This document shows, one piece after another, positions 9,628 to 23,134 of a stretch of 64,000 nucleotides of DNA (position 1 is the stretch's first letter; every line of letters begins with the position of its first letter). The stretch is taken from the NCBI GenBank assembly GCA_900617105.1, contig UYFQ01000247.1:1-64000 (forward strand). Reading direction: 5' to 3'. A program made the translations under genes and the position numbers. The stretch comes from Hydrurus foetidus. Its lineage: Eukaryota. A model generated the notes under the pieces. It was not told the origin of the DNA and did not search any database. It saw nothing but the letters and a program-made list of their open reading frames with translations.

Positions 9628-12600
9628 ATGAATTTTCCGCCAGATGAGGGAAACTCTCAGGAGGAAATTGACTGGAAGCAACAGAATGGGATTTACACTA
9701 TTACACGAATTAATCCTGTCAGCTATGATTCTTATTATGTGCAGACAACTATGGCTTCAAATTCCGTCTGCACAATCGGACAAACAATGGGAACAAATTC
9801 GTCACAGGGCAATAAACGGCAATTTTACTGTAACTTGGTCCTGGATGACGTCCGCGCGAGCAATGCAGTTTTTGCCAGTCAAGACGATGTATGGCAAAAG
9901 TTCCAGACAGCGTTGCCGTCAATTAGAGCCAGAAAATTTTTCTCGGTAATGGCTTTCGGTGGACCGTTCTCTGGGAAAAGTCACAACTTATTTGGAGACT
10001 TCAATTCTGAGACAAAGGGCACGATGGGTATTGTGCCTCGATTCATCTGTGAATATTTCCGTGACAATGTTGACTGTCCTCCTGATACATATCCACTTCT
10101 GCAAATAAGAATGTTCTTGATAGTGGATGAGCAGGTAGGCTCAATTAACAACCAGAAACCTTATTGATCGAAGCATTAAGTACCCCTATTGATTGAGGCG
10201 CTTGTTACCCCTATTATTTCTGATAAATGACTTCTTATGAATGACCAGATAATTGACCTGTACTGCCCGTACACAGCTGCTGTTGACTGTGCTGACGCTC
10301 AGTCAATGACGTACTCTAACAGTATTGGATCTCAGATAGCTAGCACTCAGCTAATTGCTTGGTCAGCATCTCAGGGAATTGAAATGATTACGCTAGGTCT
10401 TCAGGCAGCTCGTTTGTTGCAAGCAGATGCACAATCAATTTTTTCTCCCGCACATCTAGTTGTGTCGATTACTGTTCTTCAGACCTCGAATTTTTTACCT
10501 TCAGCTGATACAGAGAATTCTGATGAGAGCACTTTAAGGTTTAGAACAACTAGTAAATCTAACAGAAATAAGGACGAGGAATTGTGCGGGGAATTTATGC
10601 GAGTGGATTTCGTTGAAGTAGCTGCCCCTTTGGATACTCCCTCCTCCTCCCCTCTATGTGTCGATCATCTAAGCGGATCAGCTCTGTCTCACGTCTCTAC
10701 AAGAGAGATCAGGAAAGCCTTCTCCCCGCATTCTAGTGTTATTGGTAGTAAGGGCAGCAGAGGAATGAAGGCGGCATCCATACATGATAGTTGGAGCGAA
10801 TCAGCTCTAACTTATTACCTGCAGGATTCTATAGGCCAGGTAAGTTGCACCTACATTGGTAGTGGCAAAACTCTTGATTGAAGTTTGTTCTTCCGAACAC
10901 TATTACCATTCCATCCAACCACTTCATATTGTAAAATAAGAAATAACAGCAAAATTAACCAGACCAAACCAAAATAGACAAATCAAGACAACAGACAACT
11001 TGTATTGAATTAATGTACAACTAGCAAGAAGCCAAAACACTTACAGTACATATTTTCTGACGCTTAACGCAAATCACAAATTACAGGCCAAAAATTGCAT
11101 CCTGTTCCATTGTATCCGTGGCGATGAATTCTCAATTGGTGAAGACAGATGCTGTCTACAAATATTAGATGATATTTCAGATAATTTGATGAACGCTAGG
11201 GATGAATACGATGAGAATGATAATTTATTGGATTTTGAATTAGATCTTGAGTTGGAAAATGAAATAACGACAGGTGTCAGTAGAGGTGCTGAATACAGTA
11301 CTAAAAAATCAGAACACAGAGTAGTTGAAACAGAATTCAAAGAGGAAGGAATTTATTCAGATTTAAAATCAATTGTTGAAGGCATCTACAGCAGCACATT
11401 GAGAAAAATAGATATTGAACTCAAAGAATCTCAAAAATGCATTGATGAGGCAAAAATGGAAAAAAGCTTAATAAATGCTGCTATTTCAGATTTATGGCAT
11501 TCTATAAGTAAAAAAAGTGACGAGAAAGAAAAAGAGGAGGTAATTGATAGTGCTGGAAAGAAGGAGGAAAGCAGTACCAAAATTGAAGTGGAAAGTATGG
11601 ATGTCGAAGATAAGAGTGAAAAGTACGTAGATAAGGAGGAAGTTCAAGAAAGAATAAAAGTGTACACATCGCATACGCACGAGATAATGAATGTTCTCAA
11701 TTATTACAAGCAACACATGGCGTTTCTATCGAAAACAAGGGAAATCCTTGTCCTCATAAGTAGTGCACATGTAGACAGTGGTCAGAATATGACCGCTCGT
11801 GAAGAGAAGAAAAACATCTTTTTCTCTACACTTGAACAAATGTGCAATTACGCTTCCCATCTAGATAAAGATACATCAGTGCTTGGCGATGTAACATTAT
11901 CTGAGGGGTATAGTAAAGGCCCCACCCGTGCGGTACCCATCGGTATGGGGGGATATTCTGGAATTGAACAGTGTAGTATAGTCCAGGATCTGTCACTGTG
12001 GTTGCAAAGAAGGGGGGTGGCCTGCCCGATCCGTCCCAACCACCCCTATCCCCCTTCTCACCTACCTCACTCCTCTTCTCACCCCTCCTATCTCACTGAT
12101 GTTCCTAATACAAGCCACATTAGTCACGAACAAAAAGTCGATGACGATACTGAAACAAATCAACACATTCTGGAATCTAGTTCTAGGTCCTCCAAATCAG
12201 GACAACAAACACATCCCCAAAGGGAAGATTTTTCACGATCTGATTTATGTGGAGTTTCACAAGTAAGTGAAAAAATGACAGATCTTGGACCTTTTTTGGA
12301 AAAATTCCAGATCAAATTAGTGGAGAAAGTAGCAGTCAATAATATTGGACACTATAATGTTGGTGGTATTGATGTAAAAAGTGCGAGGTGTAATAAAGTT
12401 GAAGATATTGGAGATAAGGGTAACGATGAAATAATCGTAGACAACGATTATAATGCTATTAGTTCCAAGATTCGTGATTCATTAAAGTACTATTCAAGCA
12501 GCAATAAATTTGAAACTAGCAGCAAATTGAATGGATTTACAAGCGAAAATACACATTCTCCCCTTCCTGTCCCACTTCCCTCACATCCCAGGAATGAAGC

Positions 12601-14016
12601 CCTTCCGGCGAAGGATACGGTTGCCGTTGCGGCTAATTACGGCCAACCCTTCTCACATATGGCTAATGCACAGTCAGGTGTGTACAGGACGCTTATAGCT
12701 TGATTCAAATTTGTCTATTAGGTTGTGTTTATCATCACTCCATCGCATTGCCTTCTAACCAACGAGTGCTATTTTTTGCTGCACTTTATTTCTCAACACA
12801 TAGTATTTGCTGAAAATGATATGGTGATCAACCCTCGACATTCACCAGTCCTCACATCAAGAACATCTTAATTTTAATTTATCTTTAATATCCTTCACAT
12901 CTTTTCCTCCACTTTTTTCTCTTCTATTGTTATCTTTTTTTGTCCTTTAGGAGTGCCGTATTTCACTGTAGTAGCTTCAAGCGGCTCTCCAGGGGGAAAC
13001 AAATCAGACATTGTTCCACTGTGCATACTCACTCGAAATGACGATGATATTGAATACGTAAGAAGGGAAGTGAATGAAATGAGTGAAGATGAAATGAAGC
13101 AAGAGAAGGAGGAAGGAGGGGGGGAAGAAAAGGGTGGAAATGGTGGGGTGCTTAGAATGAAAAAAGATAAGATTACTGATAGCAGTGGTATGCTCCACAA
13201 TAAAAGGAAAGACAAAATTGTCAATACACAAAACATGAGAAATCTGAACAGCAAAATCAATTCATCTGAGTATTTTATTCGGTCTGGAATCAGTGCACCC
13301 AAGGTCTACTATCTAGCAGTTAAGGGATCAACACTGTCTATTAATCAAACAAAAATAATAGAAGATGAAGAAAGTGATGACGATGATGACGATGATGATG
13401 ACAGTATCTCAGATTCTGATTATTGTAATGAAGATTCTACTGTATTTAGTGGTCATAAATCGTGCACCAATGATGTTGATATGAATCACAAAAATAAAGC
13501 TGAGAAAAAATGGAAAGAAAAAGAATTACAACAAGCATACCTAGAGAAAGAGAATATGATGAGAGATGAAGAGAATGCAATGTATACCTCTAATGTAAGA
13601 GCATTCTTAAGAAAAGAAAAAGTATCAGCAGAACAAATTAAAGTAGAACAGTATCTCGAAAAAGAAAAACAAAAGCAGAAAACAAAATTAAAAGAGACTA
13701 TCCCTTGGGGGGCGGGATTTCCGGTCCAGGATCTTTTGAGGCTAGGATTTGAAGGAGATGAAGAGGGGGTGGAGGAAATTGGAGAGGGCTTCAGGGAGGA
13801 AGAAGGTATTTCATTGTATTTTCACGTGACTGATTTGCATGCAGTTAGTGTTCTTTATTGTCTCTGTTCTTTTGTGCTGTCCCTCACGCACACTATCATA
13901 TCTATCGCCACCCATTCTCTTCTTGTGAGATCACCCCTCCTTCACTACCACACTCTCAACTTTCTCTCAAAATCCACCGTCACTCCTCATCTTCTCCCTC
14001 TCTCTCTCTCTCCCAT

Positions 14017-14051
<35 letters not shown>

Positions 14052-14369
14052 CATTCCCACTACCCCCCCTTTTCCTTTCATTCCCATTTTAATTCCCCCT
14101 CTTACACGAACACATTACTTCACTCCTCATCAAAGATGGTGTAATTGGTCGGAATGTAAGGGTCCTGAGACTTAATGGCTCTTGTTTGGAACCACTGCAC
14201 TGTGTGTTCTCTCTCAAGTACTGTGAGGAAGATAGAGGTGAGGGAGTCATCCTATCTTATCCTATATGAAGTGATGAGCGAGATTCGCTGTATTGTTTCG
14301 TGATATGCTGTGATAGATTGCAATGATGATGTTATCAGAGGGTTGGGGCTTCGGACGCATTTGGTCGTT

Positions 14370-14409
<40 letters not shown>

Positions 14410-14410
14410 T

Positions 14411-14466
<56 letters not shown>

Positions 14467-17400
14467 TTTTTCTTCCTTCGTAGATTTGATTTGATTTGAT
14501 TTCGCTTGCTTGCTTGCTAGCTAGCTAGCTAGCTGAATTTTGATTTGACCGGATGGTTGTGCATTGGTCTGTTTGTCTTAGTATCGTGACATGAGGTGAA
14601 GGTTGAGGTGCAGAGGAATGATTTTACTGTGCGAGTCACTGTAGCATTTGTGCCACTGCTTTCTTCAGTCTTCCCTTCTTTTGGTTTTCTGCAACTTCCT
14701 TATTTTACTGTTATTTTTTCTATTCTCTGCATTTTGCATCAAATGTCATGACAGCAGCGTTCGGGATGTCAGCTGGTTACTCTGTGACTCTCCATCCTTC
14801 AGGCATACCACGCGACACCACCGACACCGACTTCGACACCAATGAGAACAACGACACCACTAGCAACGCCAATAGCAGTCACGATAACAACAATATCAAT
14901 TCCATCAGCAATGGTAGATATCTCACCAGCGCCAGCAACAGTAACAATAAAAATAACAGCAGCAACAGTAACAGTAACAATCAGAGCAGCATGATATTTC
15001 TCAACGGAACAGCGGTCAGGGGCATCACCCCTCTCCAACATGATGATATCATCAGGCTGGGACTAGGGACCTATCTACGACTCTCTATTCCGACAATCTC
15101 TGAGAACAGTGTGAAGAATCTTCATCAGAAAGATATTGGGAATGTCCCTACTCCTTTTCCTGTTGCTGTTCCTATTCCTACTACTATTCCTCTTTCTGTT
15201 TCTGTTTCTCCGACTGTCCACATGAGTCATCCTGTCCCTCTAACTGGTGTCAGTGTTAAGGCTAATATGACTTCGAAATTGCGCAGTGCCGTTGTTGTCT
15301 GCAAAGAAGATAATCAATATGATAATAATCAATATGATAATAATCAAAATGATAATAATCAAAATGATAATCAGGATAACAATTATCGAAATAATGATTT
15401 CCAAAATAATGGTCAATGTAACGATAATCAAAATGACAATTTGGTAAACCCGGCATACACGGTAGACCCGGTAGACCCGGTAGACCCGGTTAAATGTAGT
15501 CCGTGGGAAGACAGTGTCATAACCGACATGAGACCCCACACACGACACGCACTCACCCAGGCACTGAAAGAACACACACACAAGAAGCACCTATCGGTTG
15601 ACAGGGAAAGTGCGTCAGTCGCCCACAGGGTGGATCTAGAACTAAATTCAATGTTGAGATTAACAACATTCGAACCTTCACTTGTAGCACTTGATATTCT
15701 GTACAATGCATTACCATTGAAAGACAAGTATACATTAGCGGTTGTGCATGCTGCGGTACATCAGTCTAATGTGTGGGGGGAAGAAATGAAGAGAAATGTC
15801 CGTCTGTCCGTTCGTCTTACAATTAAAAAAAAGAAAAATCCTGAAAAAGGATATTTTGGTGTTGCATTCAATGCTCAAGATAGAGATGAGGATGAGAGTT
15901 GTAGCGGAATGTTGGTACAGCTTCCTAAGGTGAGGACATTTACTGCTATTTATTTTTTATGGGTATGTGTTGTTCTTGAGTTATTATCAGTTGTTAAGCA
16001 TTGAAATGTGAAATCATCGTTATAGAATACAGTTAGGTAGATACGAAATATCTAACTCAATAATGGAATCTTGCGAAATACAATTCATCTATTCTGTTGA
16101 AATAGCATCTATTTAAAATGTTCTTTATTTTCTTCCCAGGGATTTCCTGATGAACAACAGATCGCAAAAATTGTTCTTCAAGATAAAATCCGAAAGGAAA
16201 GAAATGCAGCCAAAGAGAAAGAAAAGGAAAAAAAGAGAGAAAAAGAAAAAATGTACAGTGCTGAAAGAAATGATAGAGAGATTCTAAAGAATCATGAAAA
16301 GACAGAAAGGGATGAGGAGAGGGAGAGGGAGAGGGATGAAAAGACAGAAAGGGATGAGGAGAGGGAGAGGGATGAAAAGACAGAAAGGGATGAGGAGAGG
16401 GAGAGCCATGAAAAGACAGAAGGGAGAGGAGAGGAGAGAGGGATGAAAGAGGAGGGAAGGATGAGACAGGGATGAGGCAGAAAGGGATGAGGAGAGGGAG
16501 ATGAAAAGAAGGATGGGGAGGAGAGGGAGAGGAAAGACAGAAAGGGAGGAGGAGAGGGAGAGGGATGAAAAGACAGAAAGGGATGAGGAGAGGGAGAGGG
16601 AGAGGGATGAAAAGACAGAAAGGGATGAGGAGAGGGAGAGCCATGAAAAGACAGAAAGGGATGAGGAGAGGGAGAGGGATGAAAAGACAGAAAGGGATGA
16701 GGAGAGGGAGAGGGAGAGTCATGAAAAAACAGAAAGGGATGAGGAGAGGGAGAGGGAGAGGGATGAAAAGACAGAAAGGGATGAGGAGATGGATAGGTAT
16801 GGAGAGAAGGGGAGGGACATGGTTGGAGATGATAAAGAAGGTGAGATGATTCATGAAAAGGTCAAAAGAAAAAAGAATACGAAGGATACGAAAATTGAAA
16901 AATTGAACGAAAATGAATCATCCAAAGTAATGAGGAACTCAGACCCTTGGATTCTAGATTGCGTAGTATTAGTATCAGTCACATCTTATTGTGAAGAAGA
17001 TCCACTTGACAATCAACTTGAAGTTGAAGTTGAAGGAAGAGGTGTAGAAAGTTGGGAATGGTCCTTAGGAACTTTTGCAGAACGTTATTCTTTGATGAGA
17101 ACAATGCGCAGAACGTTCTGCTCGTGCGTGTGTCGTAGGCAGATTTCTCTATTGGAACAGTTTTATCCCCTAAGGGATCACACAGATCCTTTTCAAGACA
17201 CACCCATGGTACGGACGTACGTACATGAGATAAGTAACTACATTTTTTTTCGTGATTTAATAAGTTTTGTTGTATTTATTATTACTAATCTACCACTTTA
17301 TTTTATGGTGCATTACATACGTAGTTTTTCATTTTACAATAAATAAGACGTCTGCATTTTATTCGTTTCTGTTCTCACATGATAAATAACATAATTCATA

Positions 17401-19854
17401 TATATGTTTGCCGCAGGATGAGTTGATAGGAGTCACTTTCCTTTATCCGGATTCTCTAGAGTATCTTCTAGACATACGCGAGACCATGCCGCTGATCGCT
17501 TATGCAGGGAAGGAAACAGGTATTGTTTGATGCTTCGACTAAGAATAAATAAAAATTACATAAATGCTCAATTAATCTTAACAGTGGAATTTGGTATTGA
17601 AGTCTTTATTGTTTAAAATATTCAATAACTTTTTCTACGAAGTCCACTCTATTCGACTTTATTTTATTCTGTCTTCTCCCGTTTCATTCTATCCTATCTT
17701 ACTCTTTTCATTTCTCTTCCATCTTACTCTATTATATCTCATTCTATTATATTCCATACAATACTAAACTGCGCTACGCTGTTGAATCTGATTCTATTAT
17801 TCTACAGCGTGCTTTTTCAACCTGTCCCATATCATTATATTCTCTCCTATTCTTTTTTGATCCTTCTGACAGAGGCAGTACTTGTTTTGTGTTATGTTAC
17901 TCTATTTTGCATGTAACAATTATTCTTTGTGAGTAGTCTCCGGTAACTAACTATATAATGCTGCTAAATTTAACCGAACATTCTGATCCAGGATAACAAC
18001 TCACTGCATAGTTATACCGGATCAGAATAATCGGTTGAATTTAGCAGCATTATATAGTTCATTACCGGAGACTACTCACAAAGGATAATATCGACGCAAT
18101 TTAACCGTATTTTCAGAACCGTTAACCGAATTCTTGTTGTACCTTTTTCATCTATCTGTATTTGATTCCTTTTTCCTCATACTATTCAATCGTATCTTAT
18201 TACGATATACATACTCTATCATACTCTATTTTTCCATCACAACACATTCTATTGTAACTTATTCTATTCCATTTTATTTTACTTTATTTTATTTTATTAT
18301 ATTTCAACCATCTCATAGGGGCATTTATCAAAACCCATGTGCGTTGCTGGATCGACAGCATCGAAGCAACTCCGTCCTATCTAACAATAGACAAAGAAAC
18401 CAAACTAGATCAGTTCATAGGACACAACTGTATTCTCCTTTTTCACTTCGACTCAATAATGGGCCTCCCTCGTTCTCTCTGCGCTTCAGTGCATATAGTA
18501 TTTAAGTTTTATCACCACACAATGCAGTACCGCACACCCAGATGTTCCAAAATGAATTCCAACATCTATCTCAATTGTACTGTAAGAATAGAACAGAGAA
18601 TTAATGCTGAATTCATTCAATTTATCAAAGAAGGTTCCATCGAATTTGAGGTAAGTACGTACGTACAAGTAACCTCTTGCAAATCATCTATAGAAATTTA
18701 AACATCGACTTAATTGAAAATGGATGCAATTTCTCAAACAGGATAAAAACGAAGCATCTTGTGTGTGAGGGAAGGGGTTTAGGTTGTGAATAAAGATCGT
18801 CCAAATTTGCTGCTACTTCATTACACTCACTGCATCGATTGTACTCATCCATTATACATGACTACATCGATTAAATGATAAGTTGGAATGTTTCATCAAG
18901 TATACTCCAGCTCTGTTGCTGCGTAATCTCATTATCTCTCACATCTATTAGCCAACATTCTCAATTTATTAACTGTTACAACTCGTCGCAACGCACCAAG
19001 CTGTACCGTGTAACCTATTAACCGCATGAACGGCTTTATTTACCGAAGGTTTACGGTAAAAGCAAATTACCCCTTATCGGCCCCACACAGCCTCCAAGAC
19101 ATCGAGTAGGTCAGCCCTTGCAATACAAGGTAATTGATAACTAGATGTTACTAGGGCACTTTTGCTGAGGAACGAAGAACACATATCTTAGTGATCTCTT
19201 CTTCTTATCTCTCTCTCTTTCTTTGTCCTTACTTTTATTTGTTCTGTTTTTAGTAGGTCAATGCATTCAAAATCTAGCCTGCTTCTCAACTTCCACAATT
19301 CCTACCTTCTTACTTCTCCCACTCCTCCTAACCCTCCCTCTTACCTTCTCTTCTTCTTCCCTCCTACCTTCTCTTCTTCCTTTTTATTCTAGACTTTCAA
19401 AAGTATCAAGGAGTCAGAACAAAAAATTAATCCCCTTGAGGATAAAATGATACCAGTTACTGTAGACGATTTGACAGCTCAGCTGTCAGATGTATCAAAT
19501 AGATTAAGGAGGAGTAAGAAAGAATTAGTGAGATGTAAAGTTGCTTCACACACTCTGCATCAAGCTAATGCCTCGAAGAATTCTCAAGGAATGAAACGGC
19601 TGGAAGATGCATCTAACTTGATGAAATTCAATCAAAATATAATTATCATGAAAGAGCGTGAAAAACAAATTATACTTGTAGAGGCTAATGCTGTGCTAGA
19701 AGCTAAATTGATGCAAGCAAGTAGATTATTAGATGATTTATCAGTACAAGCTAAAATCAACGAAGAAATTGTAAATCGTCTTAGAGCAGATAGAATCGCT
19801 GCAGAATCACAACTTGTACTTGCTACGAAGACGAGTGCGTGCGTTATCTGTTAG
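9628..19854 (+). CDS. Kinesin-3 (KIF1/KIF13/KIF28-like) protein with a degenerate motor, FHA domain and C-terminal CaaX; multi-exon
   Basis: Approximate exons 9628-10134, 10249-10839, 11087-12677, ~12951-13806, ~14134-14218, ~14750-15930, 16140-17208, 17418-17519, ~18319-18650, 19050-19130, 19393-19854. Motor remnants GGPFSGKS, GIVPR, IIDL, ESALTYYLQDSIG; FHA halves (GVIGRN..LNG..LHC; FLNG..LQHDDIIRLG); KIF1B-like WSLGTFAERYSLMR; DPFQD..ELIG; C2-like exon; terminal coiled coil ending SACVIC*. Confidence 0.75.
14368..14535. repeat. Intronic (CTTT)n followed by short (GATTT), (GCTT) and (GCTA) runs
   Basis: Directly visible simple repeats. Confidence 0.9.
16290..16800 (+). repeat. Coding minisatellite (30-36 bp unit) encoding EKTERDEERERD repeats within a kinesin exon
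   Basis: Repeated GATGAAAAGACAGAAAGGGATGAGGAGAGGGAGAGG units; the reading frame changes between ~16420 and 16560. Confidence 0.85.
17919..18089. mobile_element. Foldback/MITE-like element (~170 bp) in a kinesin intron
   Basis: Arms of ~70 bp (TTTGTGAGTAGTCTCCGGTAA...ATTCTGATCC versus GGATCAGAAT...TTACCGGAGACTACTCACAAA) with only a few mismatches. Confidence 0.75.
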
Positions 19855-21230
19855 AACGGCGTATGGACTTTATGTAGCAATTTAGAATATCTGTTGTATT
19901 AAAAAGCAAATTAAACCTATTTCAGGGATTTTAATTTGAAATATTATTCAATTATTTAAATGACATCATAGATTACATGCTGCGGAGCGTACAAAGGACT
20001 CCTATATACGTAACAAACATAGTCATTTTTGTTTTTTTAGAAAAAGAAGAAAAAGAGAAAGATAAAGAGAAAGAAAAAAAGATTTTGAATCTGCATATTG
20101 AGATTTCAAACTTTTTTACTGTGACGTATAATCTATCATATATCACAGTAATTGTTTACATTATCTACTAAATTATTTCCGTTTTTAATTCACGACAGTT
20201 TTTGATGACCTGGAAGTTTTTCATAGATAGAACGATGGGAAGGTGAGGGTTTTTTTTTCCGGCTTATTTCCTTCATGAAGGAAATCTCCATTTATGAAGG
20301 GAAACCTATTCGTAGCCTTCGAATGATCTTTCCTTTGCAAATGTTCTGTCGAAAATAGCTGCGAATGCTCGAACATTTATAAACGATCACTCAGTATTAA
20401 CTGCGAATGATTTTCCTTGGAACGAATGAAAATTCTTTTGTTCAACTTATGCGAAGGATAATGACTTTTGTGCTACAAAATTAAGCAACACAGAAAATTC
20501 TACTGATTTTACTGCATACCAACGTGATACTGTCACATATCTAAATCTATACTGCTCATAATCCAAGTGTAGTTCGGCATTCGATTCAGTCGCTCAATCT
20601 TAAATCTTCGGAATCGTTATCCTGGCGGTCCAAGACAAAATTCCTTCGCAAGTGCTTCGAAGAATTTACCCCTTGAAAGGAAATTCGTTTGCAAATATTT
20701 CGTAAAAGTACGAATTTACCCCTCACCTTTCGCCTTCGTTCTACCTGTGGAGTTTTTCCTTCATGACACTTCTTATGCTCTTTTTTTTTCATAAAATTAT
20801 TCATAAAAGCGCACTTGGATGTCAAATATTGCTCGTTTTCTTCCACTACGTCATCGCAAAAGATATCATGGTACTTAAATGAATTCGGGAGAGTTTGCTG
20901 AATCAATTATAAGTGACGTCACTTTTTTGGGGAAAGATATGACGGTATCAATGTCCGGTATACCCGGCCTAAATGTATGGAAGTCGAAAGAGTCCGGATA
21001 CCGTAGGATGATGACAAACAGCAACTCAACCAAACTCAAATCTTCAACAAATATTCACCAATTGTTTCCCAACTGTAACTCAAATCTAAGAGGGTTTTCG
21101 CGTCCATTTTCCAGGGGCAGCAGATAACATAGCTGTTCAGGAGTAGAGAGTAGGAAGCCTTGAAATAGACGCTGAAGTCCTCTTAGATATTTGGTTTCTC
21201 CAGTTTATCAAGCCATTTCTTATTGATACG

Positions 21231-22324
21231 ATGAGGAATATGCTGTCGACTTTGGGCTGGATCTACTTTATCACTGCCGCGATGAAAATGGTCCTCAGTT
21301 TCAGAGGCATCGCCAAATTCGACCGACGAGTGTTGCCAGGTTACCTTTCGAGCAAATTGATCAACAGGAACGCGATCGCAGATCCATCTCTAATCAGCAG
21401 ACATCAAGTCGACACTTCCCTTCAAATGTCTAGTCTTTATGGAAACATGGGATCTGCAGAATTAACAAAGGTAGCTTATCCATCGTACGAACTCCTATTC
21501 ACAATTTATTCCCTTCAAATGAGAATACTGTGTCAGTTGAAGACAGTAAGTAACCTTTCTCCACCAAACCAATCACTATTTTACTACAGACAATCATAGA
21601 GTCCCCGACAATGAATTCCCGCAAAATAACAGCGAGCATACTTGTCAATAGTCCTATAGGAGATGTTTGGTCCATCATCACTGACTATGATCGACTAGCA
21701 GTACATGTTCCGAACTTAGTGAAATCTTACGTAGTTCCTGAGGCGGGTAGCTACATTAATTCTCAAGTTTCAACTCCTGATTTGATGAAAGCTGCTTCTA
21801 AGAGGGCTAAATTACGTATCTTCCAAGAGGGCGCTCAGAAAATTGTTGGATTCGACTTTAGAGCATCTTTGACTATGGATATGACGGAAGATATTGAAAA
21901 TGAAGGACGGGCTATGGCTGAGAAAAGAACATTGCATTTTAAACTAGCGGAGTCAAGCATGTTCTCTGCTTTCGATGGTAGCTGGTCTGTGCGATATCAC
22001 AACAGAGTCAGAGAATGGGATACAGCATCTGGGGAGTTTGTATTCCGTTATAAAACAATGTTAACCTATTCCGTACTTGTGAAACCGAAAGGACCGGTAC
22101 CGGTTATTGCGTTGGAATGGCGCATAAAGGAAGATGTTCCGGTTAACTTATCAGCAATGAAAATAGCAGCTGAAAAAGTCACCTTGAAGAGCCGACCACA
22201 GTCATCCCCAGATCTTGAATTGAGAACTAATTGGGGCGCGGATGAAACACTTGGAATGTATTTAGGAACAACTTTGAAAAGTGAAACGGCTTCTTCTTCT
22301 TGGGTGCCACGTGGCAATTCCTAA
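21231..22324 (+). CDS. START/SRPBCC (polyketide cyclase/dehydrase, Coq10-like) protein, probably plastid-targeted; exons 21231-21470 and 21590-22324
   Basis: In-frame GT-AG intron 21471-21589. Motifs RKITASILVNSPIGDVWSIITDYDRLAVHVPNL, FQEGAQKIVGFDF, FSAFDGSW and LTYSVLVKPKGPVPV..EWRIKEDVPVNL. Hydrophobic N-terminus followed by VLS-F. Confidence 0.85.
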
Positions 22325-23134
22325 GAGTAAATTCGCTGCTTGGAGATTCCTGATTCGATGTGAATTCAGGTGGAGTGAGAGGGGAGAAAGTTATTGGTCG
22401 ACAGATAGGAGAGGAGGAGGAGAGAAGGAAGAGAAGTGCATGCATGCCGTCCACTAAAAACACAAAACAATAAAACAAATAGAGTGATAGAAGAGTACAA
22501 AGTGAAATACCTAATGTGAACTACACACGAAAATTAAACAGCCACAATAGCTGTATAAACGAATGTATGAATGGTACATCGAATAGTGAAATGTTTTGTC
22601 GGTGACCGAATACACGGTTGAAATCCCCAGATAATTTACGGTCAATAACGGCCAATTATTACCGGCCCAGAATCCTCTACAACTGTCGCACCACCCAACA
22701 ATTACATCAATCGCACCACCTACGTCTAAATACATGAAATGAATGTTTCCTTGTGCTTTTGTGAGATACGTTTGATGAGACGAATTATCTTACGCGGATA
22801 CCAAATGACTTCTATTTTCTAAACAGTACTCGTACTTCCTCAATCTATACGGTATACGATACACGCATTCATTCTTATTTCACGTATGCTTTATGATGTC
22901 ATTTACTTCCTGTCTGATAGATTTTTCAAATTGCTCTCATTCAAGAAAGCCATCGCCCCAAGGGTTGACGACAGACAAGCTGTAATATTCAAAATCAACT
23001 CAGATAGATTGAAACGGACTATGATTATTTTCTGTAGATATCGTAGCTCGCACTTTAGTACTACAAATCACTTGTAGGCGGAGAGCACGCAGTCATATCG
23101 TAAAACCATCGCCTAATGATACTTAACCAGAAAA

